Below, piece by piece: positions 20,994 through 30,107 of a stretch of DNA of 64,000 nucleotides. The stretch lies in NCBI GenBank assembly GCA_963841435.1, contig CAWJCS010000006.1:640001-704000 (forward strand), read 5' to 3'. Position 1 is the first letter of the stretch. The number at the start of each line of letters is the position of its first letter. Position numbers and translations under genes: made by a program. The notes below the pieces were generated by a model. It searched no databases. It was not told the origin of the DNA and saw nothing but the letters and a program-made list of their open reading frames with translations. The DNA is from an uncultured delta proteobacterium (lineage in GTDB: Bacteria; Myxococcota_A; Polyangia; Polyangiales; Polyangiaceae).

Positions 20994-22280
20994 TCACGGC
21001 GGCCGGACGGTCACACCCAGGCTGAAGGTCGGCGCCGCGAAGGGCTGCACGCGGGCCTTCCTGAGCGCCGACTCGATGCATGCCGCAGCCGGCGTGCCCT
21101 GCGCGGGCCCCCCGACCGAGACGCTGGAGACCTCTCCGCTCGACCCGAACACGAGGGTGGCGCTCGAGGGTTTGGGCTCGCCCGCGATGCACGAGCGGGC
21201 TGCGCCGAGCACCGCACCCACGGCGGCCTGAGCGGCACCGGCGGACGGGCGATCGGCGATGCCGCTGTCGCGATCGAGCTCCGCTGGCTTGAGCCCCGCG
21301 GGCTCCCGTGTGGTGGGCTTCGGCGTCGCGGTCGCGGCCGGTTGGTCCTCTTCGAGCACGACGCGCTCCGCGGCGACGGCGCGATGGCTCGGCGAGGGCG
21401 CCGCGTGTGCGTCGGCGACCGGGGCGATCGCACGCTCGGGGCGCGGCAGCGCGTCGAGCGCGACACCGCGAGGCTCCGGCGCGGTCGTCGCGACTTCCGC
21501 CGTCGTCCCCTCGACGTACGCCGGCTCGCTGGCTGCGCCCTTGCCCGGTGTGCTCGTCACCGTCGGGCGCGGCCCGCCGAGCGAGGCCGGGGCCGGCTCC
21601 GGTGCGCGGGCCGTAGCGATCGCGACGGTTTGCGGCTGGCGCTGGCTCGCGATGTACAGGCCGAACCCGGCCGCGAGCCCCACGGCGGCGATCGCGACGC
21701 CAATCCACGGTCCGCGAAGATCGGTCACGCGCTGCGCGTGCGCGGGCCTCACCGTCGTCGCGGCTCGGGCCGACGGCGGTGGCGGCGCTTCCGGCGCCGG
21801 CTCTGCCTGCGAACGCTGCTTCGAGGCGAGCGCCAGTGACTCTTTCGCGATGCTCGCCTTCTCGGCCGACCCACGGCGCGCGACCGACGCGCGCGCGAGG
21901 TCGGCAAGACTCACGGTCTCGCGCGCGCTCTCCGGCTCCGCGCCAGCCTTGGCGACGGCACGCGCGGGCTCTGCAGTCGGCGCAGACTCCGCGGTCGCCG
22001 CGAGCTCTGCAGTCGGCGCGAGCTCTGCAGTCGGCGCGAGCTCTGCAGTCGGCGCAGACTCCGCGGTCGGCGCGGGTTTCACCTCGGGTCCCTCCATGGC
22101 CGCCTCGAGCTCCGTGATCGGCGCCGCGAGGAGCGCCTCGTCGGTCTCACCCGCCGCGCCGAGGCGCTCGCCGATGGCCCGCCCGAGCCCGTCCCAGTCC
22201 GGCTCGCGGAGCGGCAGCTCGGCGGCCATGAGCTCGGCGCGCACGATGAGCTCGCGGTCCGGCAAATCGTCGTCGCTCAT
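20994..22280 (-). CDS. Putative membrane anti-sigma factor with AgmX/PglI-like C-terminal domain
   Basis: ATGA-coupled to the ECF sigma gene; single TM helix; C-terminal ARSC...GTPAAACIESALRKARVQPF. Confidence 0.6.
   Translation of the reverse strand: MSDDDLPDRELIVRAELMAAELPLREPDWDGLGRAIGERLGAAGETDEALLAAPITELEAAMEGPEVKPAPTAESAPTAELAPTAELAPTAELAATAESAPTAEPARAVAKAGAEPESARETVSLADLARASVARRGSAEKASIAKESLALASKQRSQAEPAPEAPPPPSARAATTVRPAHAQRVTDLRGPWIGVAIAAVGLAAGFGLYIASQRQPQTVAIATARAPEPAPASLGGPRPTVTSTPGKGAASEPAYVEGTTAEVATTAPEPRGVALDALPRPERAIAPVADAHAAPSPSHRAVAAERVVLEEDQPAATATPKPTTREPAGLKPAELDRDSGIADRPSAGAAQAAVGAVLGAARSCIAGEPKPSSATLVFGSSGEVSSVSVGGPAQGTPAAACIESALRKARVQPFAAPTFSLGVTVRPP
21969..22074. repeat. 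In-frame 18-bp tandem repeat, about 6 copies (TAE[L/S]AP)
   Basis: Unit approximately CTCTGCAGTCGGCGCGAG on the + strand. Confidence 0.85.
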
Positions 22281-22867
22281 GCTTCCTCGAGATCTTGTGT
22301 GTGGCCGCGCGACGCCAGGTAGGCGCGCAGCTTGCGGCGCGCTTCGTGGACCCGCCACGCGATCGTTCCTTCGGGGCAACCGAGCACCTCGGAGGCCTCG
22401 GCGTGCGACAGCCCGTCGATGCCCACCAGAATCAGCGTCGTGCGCAGCGTGTCGCTGAGCTCGTTCATGCCGTCGAGCAACGCGAGAGCGAGCTGTCGAT
22501 CCGCCGTCTGCTCGGCAGGGCTCGCGGGGCTGCCGCGCGCCTCGACGAGCAACCCCTCGATGCGTGAATCATCGGGCGGCGACGACGTGCGTTGCGTCTT
22601 GCGCGAGCGGAGGGCGTTGAGCGACAGGTTGACAGCGATGCGGTAAATCCAAGTGAACGGCTCGCTCCGCCCGTCGAAGCGCGAGAGCGCGCCGTAGGCC
22701 CGCACGAAGGTCTCCTGCGTCACGTCCTCGGCTTCCGAGGCACTGCGTAGGAGGTGAGCCGTGAGGCGGAAGATCCTGCGCTGGTGGCGTCGAACCAGGG
22801 CGCCGAAGGCTTCTGCGTCACCGCCGCGGGCCGCCTCCACCAGCTCTCGGTCGGATTGATGAGGCAT
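22277..22867 (-). CDS. ECF (sigma-70 family) RNA polymerase sigma factor
   Basis: GDAEAFGALVRRH, AEDVTQETF, FTWIYRIAVN, region 4 SHAEASEVLGCPEGTIAWRVHEARRKL. Confidence 0.93.
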   Translation of the reverse strand: MPHQSDRELVEAARGGDAEAFGALVRRHQRRIFRLTAHLLRSASEAEDVTQETFVRAYGALSRFDGRSEPFTWIYRIAVNLSLNALRSRKTQRTSSPPDDSRIEGLLVEARGSPASPAEQTADRQLALALLDGMNELSDTLRTTLILVGIDGLSHAEASEVLGCPEGTIAWRVHEARRKLRAYLASRGHTQDLEEA

Positions 22868-23024
22868 GTGGGCCGCTCTGCGCGGGCGAAAAACCGCACT
22901 CTGCGGCACGAAAAGATAGTTCAACACCAATCGGTTCGACAACCGGCGCGCCGCATTCTTGGCTCCGGGTGCTTTACGCCCCCTTCGCGAGCCCTGCGCC
23001 GCGCTTCCGGCCCCCCGCCCGGCC

Positions 23025-24989
23025 TCAGCTCCCCCCGTCGCCGCCGTCTTCGTCGGCGGCGGCCGAGGGCTCGGGGCCGGCGAGCGACGCGAGCTTGCCC
23101 TTCAAGAGGTCGCCGAGCGTTCCGAAACCGCCCTCGGCCTTGAGCTTCTGGCGGTACTCGCGGTGTGCGCGGCGCTCCTCGTCGTCCTTGTAACCCCGGA
23201 TGCTGAGCTTGGGCTCACCGGAGCGCGGATCGACGTCGAGCACCTTGAGGTCGAGGACCGTGCCCGGCTTGAAGCCCTTCCGGAGGTCGGTGCCGCGCGG
23301 CGTGCCGGTCTGCCCGGCGGGTATGAAGCCCCGGGCGCTGCGACCCGTCACGCCGAGAACGCGCACGACGACGCCGGCGCTCTCGCCCTTGACCACCGCA
23401 GCCTTGATCAGAGCGCCGCGCGCAATTTTCTGACGGGGCTCGTCGGCTTGCTCCGGTGGCGGCGCGAGGTGCACGCCGATCTTCTTGGTACGAACGTCGA
23501 AGTACTGGACGACGACGTCGATGTCCTGGCCGTCCTTGAGTACGTCGCGCGGGTGCTCCACCCGCTCGAACGACAGGTCGGTGACGTGCAGAAGCGCGTC
23601 CATGCCCGGCTCGAGCTCGATGAACGCACCGAACTTCTCGAGCCTGGTCACCTTGCCGGTGTGCCGCGAGCCGATGGCATACTTCTGACGCGCCTGAGCC
23701 CAAGGATCTTCGACGAGTGCCTTGCGGCTCAGCCAGATCTTGCCGCGCTCGTCGATGCCGAGGATCTTCACCTCGATGCGATCGCCGTGCTTGAACGACT
23801 CGGCGAGGTTCGGGCGCGGGTCGTGGCTCGCCTCCGACACGTGAACGAGGCCTTCGACGTTCTCCGCGTCGGGCAGCGCGACGAACACGCCCCACTCGAC
23901 GACCGTGCGCACGACGCCGGCCATCACTTGCCCTTCGTTCAAGAGCCCGAGCGCGTGTTTGCGTCGCTCGTGCGCCTCCGCTTCCAGCATGGGGCGCCGC
24001 GTCACGACCACGTCGCGCCCCGCCTTGTCGAACTGCGCGATCTTGAAGTCGAGGCGCTGCCCGACGAGGGACGCGAAGTTCGCGTTGGCCGGGTGCAGAT
24101 CCAGCCCGGAAGCCGGCGCGAACGCGCGCACACCCCCCACGTCGACCTCGACGCCGCCCTTGATGACGCCCGTGACCAGGCCGGAGACCAGCGTGCCGTC
24201 GTGCGACGCCTGCTCGAGCTTGGGCTTCGTTTCCTCCTCGCGCAGGGGCTTGCGCGTGAGCACGACGAGGCCGCCACGAATGCCGTCGGCGTGCACCCGC
24301 GCCACGAAGCGGTCGCCCGGGGAGGGGACGAGGTCGTCGGCCTCCATCTCGGAGCGGTCGAAGATGGCGAGCGCCTTGCCGGAAAGGTCCACCATCACGG
24401 CGGAGTCGAGCACGGCGGTGACTTTGCCGAACACCTCTTCGCCGACGTGGAACGGAGCGCGATCGCTCGCGCGGTGACGCGCGGGTTGTTTCTTCGCAGG
24501 GCGTTCGCCCCTGGCGGCGCCATCGGCGGAGGCGGCTCCCGCGTGCGCGCCGGGCTTCTTCTTGCGGCGCCGCTTGCGCTTCGCTTTGCTGCCCGGGGCA
24601 CCGGGCGCGACACTCTCGAGCGTCGCGGGCGGCTCGTCGTCGCCCGAGCTTTCCGATCCATCCGAGGCCTCGGACGGTTCGCTCGTGTCGTGCGGGGGCC
24701 TGCTCGTGTCCGCTCCGCCCGGCGCGTTCGGGTCCGCGCCGCTTGGCGTGACCGCAAGAGCCGCGCTCTCGGAGCCACGCTCCGGCGTCGCGTCCGGTGG
24801 CGCGACGTAAGCGGCCGGCTCGGCGCTCACCTGTGCGCCGTCGCTTGCTGGCGCCCCGCTGTCGCCGCCGTCGAGCGCGGGTGGGCCGTGCGACGCCTCT
24901 TGCGAAGAGTCACCGTTCGCGCCGGGCGCGTCCGCCGGCGCCGGGCTCGCCGCGCCGCGGCTTTCGGTTTCGGGCTGGGTCGTGCTCAT
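23025..24989 (-). CDS. Multi-S1-domain RNA-binding protein (ribosomal S1 paralogue) with disordered N-terminus
   Basis: About five S1 repeats (KGGVEVDVGGVRAFAP, WGVFV..EGLVHVSE, FGAFIEL..ALLHVTD); C-terminal GFGTLGDLL. Confidence 0.85.
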   Translation of the reverse strand: MSTTQPETESRGAASPAPADAPGANGDSSQEASHGPPALDGGDSGAPASDGAQVSAEPAAYVAPPDATPERGSESAALAVTPSGADPNAPGGADTSRPPHDTSEPSEASDGSESSGDDEPPATLESVAPGAPGSKAKRKRRRKKKPGAHAGAASADGAARGERPAKKQPARHRASDRAPFHVGEEVFGKVTAVLDSAVMVDLSGKALAIFDRSEMEADDLVPSPGDRFVARVHADGIRGGLVVLTRKPLREEETKPKLEQASHDGTLVSGLVTGVIKGGVEVDVGGVRAFAPASGLDLHPANANFASLVGQRLDFKIAQFDKAGRDVVVTRRPMLEAEAHERRKHALGLLNEGQVMAGVVRTVVEWGVFVALPDAENVEGLVHVSEASHDPRPNLAESFKHGDRIEVKILGIDERGKIWLSRKALVEDPWAQARQKYAIGSRHTGKVTRLEKFGAFIELEPGMDALLHVTDLSFERVEHPRDVLKDGQDIDVVVQYFDVRTKKIGVHLAPPPEQADEPRQKIARGALIKAAVVKGESAGVVVRVLGVTGRSARGFIPAGQTGTPRGTDLRKGFKPGTVLDLKVLDVDPRSGEPKLSIRGYKDDEERRAHREYRQKLKAEGGFGTLGDLLKGKLASLAGPEPSAAADEDGGDGGS

Positions 24990-25058
24990 GGTCGTCGCGG
25001 CGCTGGGGCTATAGCCTGCCTCTATTGTCCTGCCAACGCGGGCGAGCGAAAGGCCTCA

Positions 25059-25931
25059 TCAGCGCGTGATCGGTAGCCGGCGGTTCACGCCGCCGCTGCG
25101 GTCGATCCCCACCACGGCCGCGCCGCCTTGGCGTCGCAGCTCTGCCACGAGGCTCTCGGCGACCGCTAAAAAAGCCTTGCCGGAGGCCGAGCCAGGCGCC
25201 GCCTCGACGACGGGTGTCCCGGCGTCGCCCCATTCGCGGATGCTCTGCTCGAGGGGGATCTGCCCGAGCAGGGGCGCCCCGGCGAAGTCCGCGATGCGCT
25301 GCCCGCCGCCCGTGCCGAAGGGCTCGTGACGTTTGCTGCAGCCGTCGCAGATGAAATAGCTTTCGTTCTCGACCACCCCGAGCACGGGAATGCCGACCTT
25401 CTTCGCCATGCTCACCGACTTGTAAACGTCCTGCAGCGCGACGTCCTGAGGGGTCGTCACGATGACGGCACCCGTGCTCCGTACGCGTTGCGCGAGCGTG
25501 AGGGCGATGTCGCCCGTGCCTGGCGGCAGGTCGAGCAGGAGCACGTCGAGCTTGCCCCACGCGACGTCTTTCAGGAACTGGAGCAACGCGCCGTGCAGCA
25601 TCGGACCACGCCACACGACGGCGGCTTTCGGGTCGTCGAGCAGGAAACCGATGCTCATCAGCTTGATGCCGTGACGCTCGGGCGGCACGATTTTCTGGCC
25701 GTCCGTCTGCGGCTGACCGTGCACGCCGAACATCGTGGGGATGCTCGGCCCGTAGATATCGGCGTCGAGCAGGCCGACGCTCGCGCCGAGGCGCTTGAGC
25801 GCGAGCGCCAGGTTGGACGCCACCGTGCTCTTGCCCACACCGCCCTTACCGCTCATCACGAGCACGACGGCGCGCGCCTCCGGCACCGGATCGTCGGCGG
25901 CGACTTCGCGCTCCGGAAGCTCGAACGGCAT
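25059..25931 (-). CDS. mrp: Mrp/NBP35 (ApbC) Fe-S cluster carrier ATPase
   Basis: SGKGGVGKST, DADIYGPS, WRGPM, DLPPGTGD, VTTPQ, CDGC. Confidence 0.93.
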   Translation of the reverse strand: MPFELPEREVAADDPVPEARAVVLVMSGKGGVGKSTVASNLALALKRLGASVGLLDADIYGPSIPTMFGVHGQPQTDGQKIVPPERHGIKLMSIGFLLDDPKAAVVWRGPMLHGALLQFLKDVAWGKLDVLLLDLPPGTGDIALTLAQRVRSTGAVIVTTPQDVALQDVYKSVSMAKKVGIPVLGVVENESYFICDGCSKRHEPFGTGGGQRIADFAGAPLLGQIPLEQSIREWGDAGTPVVEAAPGSASGKAFLAVAESLVAELRRQGGAAVVGIDRSGGVNRRLPITR

Positions 25932-26307
25932 GGGCGCTCCGTAGGCCCAGGTGCCGGTGCTGTCAAACGCAGCGATTTCCCGCCGCCGGCGTGGGGCGCG
26001 CACGAAATATCGACCGCCCCCGGCGATGCCAAATCGACACAACCGGACATCGGGCGTCGCGGGGAGCGCGGTTTCAACACGACTCGATCCGAGAAGCGCG
26101 GGAGAGCGCGAGAGGGCCACGTGGCGCTCCTCGTCGCGCCGGCCCCCCGACCGAGCAAATGTCGGTAAATGTCGGACGTTTGCGCCACGAGCAAACTCTT
26201 GGCAAACGCCGAGCGAAGCTGGCTATCCTGCCGAATTGCGGCGCGGGTTGCATCGCCCCGCCGACAATTCCGTCGAACACTCGGGTCCGAACCTTCGTCG
26301 GACGAAC

Positions 26308-27531
26308 ATGAGACGCACAAGGAGCACTTGCATGACGTATTTCCGTGGATTGAGGTTCATGGCTGGACCGGTGGCAGCGGCCGTTCTTTCGGCGCCGCTG
26401 TTCGTGGGGTGCGGTGGGGACGGCAACAGCCTGACCGGGGGCTGCGAGGCGGACATCGCGGCGAAGGCGGACGCCTTCTCGGCGTCGGTCAACGCGCTCG
26501 CGTCCGTGTCGGCGCAGATGAAGGCGAGCCTGTACGTGGCCTGCGCCCACATCGCAACCGATCTGAATGCCACCGACGCGCCCGATCCGTCGGCCACTGG
26601 TGTGAGTGACGACGAGCTCACGGGGGCCTGCAACCTCGCCGCCAGCGCCATCGCGAGCGCCAAGGCAAGCGTGCAGGGAAGCCTGGAGGTCATCTACGTT
26701 CCGCCGAAGTGCGAGGTCGCCGCTTCCGCCCAGCTCAACTGCGAGGCCAGCTGCAACGTCAACGCACAGTGCCAGCCTGGCAGCGTGGAAGTGCGCTGCG
26801 ATCCCGGTGAGATCAGCGGCAAGTGCGAGGGCACCTGCGAGGGCTCGATCTCGTGCGAGGGAAGCGCCACCGTCGCCGCGAAGTGCGAAGGCACCTGCGC
26901 TGCCGAGTGCACGGGCACCTGCGAGGGGACCTGCAAGGGTTCTTGCGACGGCACCTGCTCGGCCATGGATGGCGAGGGCAACTGCGCCGGCACCTGCGAC
27001 GGCGAGTGCACGGGCTCGTGCAGCGCGAAGTGCACCGGCACCTGTTCGGGCTCGTGCGAGCTCGACGCTAACGCGAGCGTCACGTGCGATGCCCAGGCCT
27101 CCTGCAAGGGCGGCTGCTCGGTCGCGTACAAGGAGCCGAAGTGCGAGGGCGAGCTCCAGCCGCCGAGCTGCGACATCGACGCCGACTGCGAAGCCGGTTG
27201 CAAGGGCCAGGCGCAGTTCAAGGCGACCTGCACGAAGCCGGAGGTGTCGGTCGTCGCGATGGGCAGCGCGGAGCTGAGCGCGACGCTCGAGGCGAACATG
27301 CCTGCCATCTTCCAGGTCGCCGCTCAGGCCGAGCTCGTCGTCGATGCGGCGGCGGACGTGGCGGCGCGCGCGGCGGCAGTCGGTGGCGAGGTCGCTGCTA
27401 GCGTGAGCTGCGTCGCCGACTACGGCGCGGGCTTCGTGGCAGAGCTCCAGGCGTCGGCGCAGGCGTCGGCGTCGGTGAGCGTGTCGGTCATGGCGAGCGC
27501 GTCGGTGAGCGGCGAGGCCACCTCGAGCTGA
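26308..27531 (+). CDS. Cys-rich lipoprotein with CxGx tetrapeptide repeats
   Basis: Lipobox FVGC; about 36 Cys by my count; (C-E/T/D-G-T/S)n runs; start could be 26332 or 26359. Confidence 0.8.
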   Translation: MRRTRSTCMTYFRGLRFMAGPVAAAVLSAPLFVGCGGDGNSLTGGCEADIAAKADAFSASVNALASVSAQMKASLYVACAHIATDLNATDAPDPSATGVSDDELTGACNLAASAIASAKASVQGSLEVIYVPPKCEVAASAQLNCEASCNVNAQCQPGSVEVRCDPGEISGKCEGTCEGSISCEGSATVAAKCEGTCAAECTGTCEGTCKGSCDGTCSAMDGEGNCAGTCDGECTGSCSAKCTGTCSGSCELDANASVTCDAQASCKGGCSVAYKEPKCEGELQPPSCDIDADCEAGCKGQAQFKATCTKPEVSVVAMGSAELSATLEANMPAIFQVAAQAELVVDAAADVAARAAAVGGEVAASVSCVADYGAGFVAELQASAQASASVSVSVMASASVSGEATSS

Positions 27532-27557
27532 GGCACCGCGCGTTAGCGGAGCGTGAC

Positions 27558-27595
27558 GAGCCCGCGGCCGCCCCGAGGGGGTCGACCGCGGGCTC
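27558..27595. terminator. GC hairpin between convergent Cys-rich genes
   Basis: GAGCCCGCGG...CCGCGGGCTC with inner CCCC/GGGG. Confidence 0.55.
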
Positions 27596-27645
27596 ACTCC
27601 CGCCGCGCGAAGCTCGCGCGCGAACGGGGAGGTGACCGAGCCTCG

Positions 27646-28764
27646 CTAATTGTTCCAGCAGCCGGACTGCTGGGACGCGAGCGGCGAGCTGCCGTTTGCG
27701 TCGCCCGCGAAGCAGTGCTTCGCGAGGACGCTCGTCTGATTGTTGGGGTCGTCGTAGCAGAGCATCGCCACGCCACCCGGGCTGTTCGGGCAGCCGTTCG
27801 CGCCGTCGCAGACGCCTTGAGTGCTCCTGATGCCTTCGCAGCTGCAGCTCACGTCGAGATCGACGCACCAGCGCTCGCCCGTGAACGTGGAGCCCGTGCA
27901 GAGTCCCGTCGGGCAGTCGGCGTTCCGGACGCAGGGCTCGCAGCTCTTGCCGCTGCCGTGGCACGCGCCGAAGCGATGGGCACAGGTGGCGACACCGAGC
28001 GTCTCGTCCCAGACGCCGCACTCCGTCGCCGCGCCCCAGGGGCAGGAGTCGGTCATGGGGTCACAGAGCTTCGTGCAGATTTTCTCGCCCGAGGCGTCGC
28101 GCGCGCAGATCTGGTCGGGTAGCGCGAGGCAGTCCGAGTCCTTCTCACAGCTTGCACAGAAGCCTCGCCGCACGCAAAAGTTCGCGACCTCGGTCTCGCT
28201 CAGGCGCACGCGATCGCAGATCAGCCCAGCGGGGCATTGGTCGTCGCTCTCGCAAGGGGCGCTGCAGTACGAGTCGAGGTCGCCCTCGCCCGCTCCGAGG
28301 CACAAGAAGCCCGCGGCCTGGTTGCACTCGGTATTGGTCGGGCAGCGCGTGTAGTACTCACCGCTCGGGAGCGGCGTTGACGACGGCGCGCAAAACGTGC
28401 CGAGCATGCCCCGACCGGACACCATGAGCGTCTCGCACGTTCCCGCGCCCGCGCAGTCGAAGTGCGTGTGGCACGGATGGCGGCACTGCTCAGCGACGCA
28501 CGCGAACCCGTGAGCGGTGTCGCACGTTGCGTCGGAGGAGCATGGATTGAAGCGACCGCTGCCGCCGCCCGAGCCGCCCGTGCTCCCGGGCGACGCTGTA
28601 TCGATGCCCTCGCAGCTCGGGTCGAGACACGCGTTCGGACAGGCGTTACCGATGCACGGCTCGCTCGAGCAGCCAGCGGCTGAAACACCGGTGACTCCGA
28701 GCACGAGGAAAACCCCGAAGAGGGCGCTCCGCTCGCGCTCGAAGCGCCACTTCCGCTCGGTCAT
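27646..28764 (-). CDS. Cys-rich repeat lipoprotein
   Basis: Lipobox AAGC; about 43 Cys by my count, repeats of the CxxDxxC-PxGxxC type. Confidence 0.8.
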   Translation of the reverse strand: MTERKWRFERERSALFGVFLVLGVTGVSAAGCSSEPCIGNACPNACLDPSCEGIDTASPGSTGGSGGGSGRFNPCSSDATCDTAHGFACVAEQCRHPCHTHFDCAGAGTCETLMVSGRGMLGTFCAPSSTPLPSGEYYTRCPTNTECNQAAGFLCLGAGEGDLDSYCSAPCESDDQCPAGLICDRVRLSETEVANFCVRRGFCASCEKDSDCLALPDQICARDASGEKICTKLCDPMTDSCPWGAATECGVWDETLGVATCAHRFGACHGSGKSCEPCVRNADCPTGLCTGSTFTGERWCVDLDVSCSCEGIRSTQGVCDGANGCPNSPGGVAMLCYDDPNNQTSVLAKHCFAGDANGSSPLASQQSGCWNN

Positions 28765-28806
28765 CGGTGGAAGCTTCCGCTACCACAGGTTGGCATTCAA
28801 GGGCAC

Positions 28807-28834
28807 TTGACCCCCGGGTGGGCGACTATAAGAT
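28807..28834 (+). promoter_or_regulatory. Sigma70-type promoter, probably leaderless
   Basis: TTGACC-16 nt-TAAGAT, 7 nt before ATG 28842, no SD. Confidence 0.5.
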
Positions 28835-28841
28835 TTGAGTT

Positions 28842-29558
28842 ATGGCGCTTCGGGTGTGGCCGGCCTTGCTTGCGCTCGCGCTCGCCCCCGCGTGCTCGAG
28901 CGAGCCGCTCGCGCCGGGCACGAGCAGCGTGGTCGCGGAGCCTCAGGCGACGGCCACGTCCACGCCGCCGCCGGCCGACACGTCGGCCTTCCAGCCGCTC
29001 GCCGACTATCCGCCCGGGCCCTACGGCCGCGGCGTCGGCGCGGTGATCCAAAACCTGACCTTCCTCGGCTGGCGTGATCCAGTGGCGGCCGGCTACGACG
29101 CGGCGCTGCTCGAGACGGTGAGCTTGTCGGATTTTTACGATCCGACGGGCACCCGCACGAAGATCATCGTGCTGAACGCCTCCGCCGTTTGGTGCTCCGT
29201 GTGCCGTACCGAGATGCACGACATCCAGCGTGACGGCACTTACCAGGCGTACCTCGCGCGCGGCGCGCAGCTCATCGGGGCGCTGTTCGAGGACGAGCTC
29301 GGCGGGCCCGCCGCGCCGAAGGATCTCTCGCTCTGGGGCGCGGCGTCCGTGCGCGCCATCGAGTTTCCCATGCTGCTCGATCCCGGCTTCAAAACCGGCG
29401 TCTACTTCACCTCGGATGCCACGCCGATGAACCTGCTCATCGACGCCACGACCATGCGCATCGTCAACGTGATGATGGGCTACGACGCGACGCCGGGATC
29501 AGGCCTCTGGGGAATGGTCGATCGAGAGCTCGCGCGGCGGGCCGCCGCCGCGCCGTGA
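28842..29558 (+). CDS. Thioredoxin-fold (redoxin) lipoprotein, WCSVC
   Basis: Lipobox APAC; YPPGPYG; LNASAVWCSVCRTE; cis-Pro loop ATPMNLLID. Confidence 0.8.
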   Translation: MALRVWPALLALALAPACSSEPLAPGTSSVVAEPQATATSTPPPADTSAFQPLADYPPGPYGRGVGAVIQNLTFLGWRDPVAAGYDAALLETVSLSDFYDPTGTRTKIIVLNASAVWCSVCRTEMHDIQRDGTYQAYLARGAQLIGALFEDELGGPAAPKDLSLWGAASVRAIEFPMLLDPGFKTGVYFTSDATPMNLLIDATTMRIVNVMMGYDATPGSGLWGMVDRELARRAAAAP

Positions 29559-30070
29559 CGCGCGCCACCATCGTTTTGCTGTTCGCCGCGCTCGGGTGCG
29601 CTCCTCGGACGGGCCCCGACGCGGGGGCGACTGCCGCAATGCGCGGGCAGGCGCCCGATTTCGAGCTGCCGCTCCTGCGTGGTGGCAGCGCACGCCTCTC
29701 CGACCACCTCGGTAGAGACGTCGTGCTCGTCGATTTCTGGGCGACCTTCTGCGAGCCCTGCCTGCTCGCCATGCCCGAGCTCGACCGCCTCTACGCGAAG
29801 TACCGCTCGCGCGGCCTCGTCGTCTTCGGCGTGTCGGTTGACGAGGCAGCGGCCGCCGGGCGCGTGCGGAGCGAGGTCAACAAGCTCGGCGTCTCGTTCC
29901 CGATCCTGCTCGACCAGGAGACGCGCGTGCTTTCCCTCTACAACCCGCGCGCGACGGCGCCGTACAGCGTGCTCATCGGTCGCGACGGCCGCGTGCTCGG
30001 CCGGCGCGAGGGATACACCAGCGGCGACCGAGAAGAGCTCGAGCGCGAGATCGTGCTCGCGCTGCACTGA
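29555..30070 (+). CDS. TlpA-family disulfide reductase lipoprotein
   Basis: APDFELP, DFWATFCEPC, FPILLD; GTGA overlap with upstream gene. Confidence 0.9.
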   Translation: MTRATIVLLFAALGCAPRTGPDAGATAAMRGQAPDFELPLLRGGSARLSDHLGRDVVLVDFWATFCEPCLLAMPELDRLYAKYRSRGLVVFGVSVDEAAAAGRVRSEVNKLGVSFPILLDQETRVLSLYNPRATAPYSVLIGRDGRVLGRREGYTSGDREELEREIVLALH

Positions 30071-30107
30071 GGTGCGTGTTCGTCGCTGCTCCGCGCGGGT
30101 GCTGCGC

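Noticed and set aside
21969-22074. 18-bp repeats as a possible CRISPR array
   Set aside because: No unique spacers, in-frame coding, no cas genes in the window
22959-25076. 705-aa ORF antisense to the S1-domain gene
   Set aside because: Shadow ORF with no recognisable domain
26198-26260. Sigma54 promoter candidates
   Set aside because: GG-N10-GC spacing present once but -12 element poor
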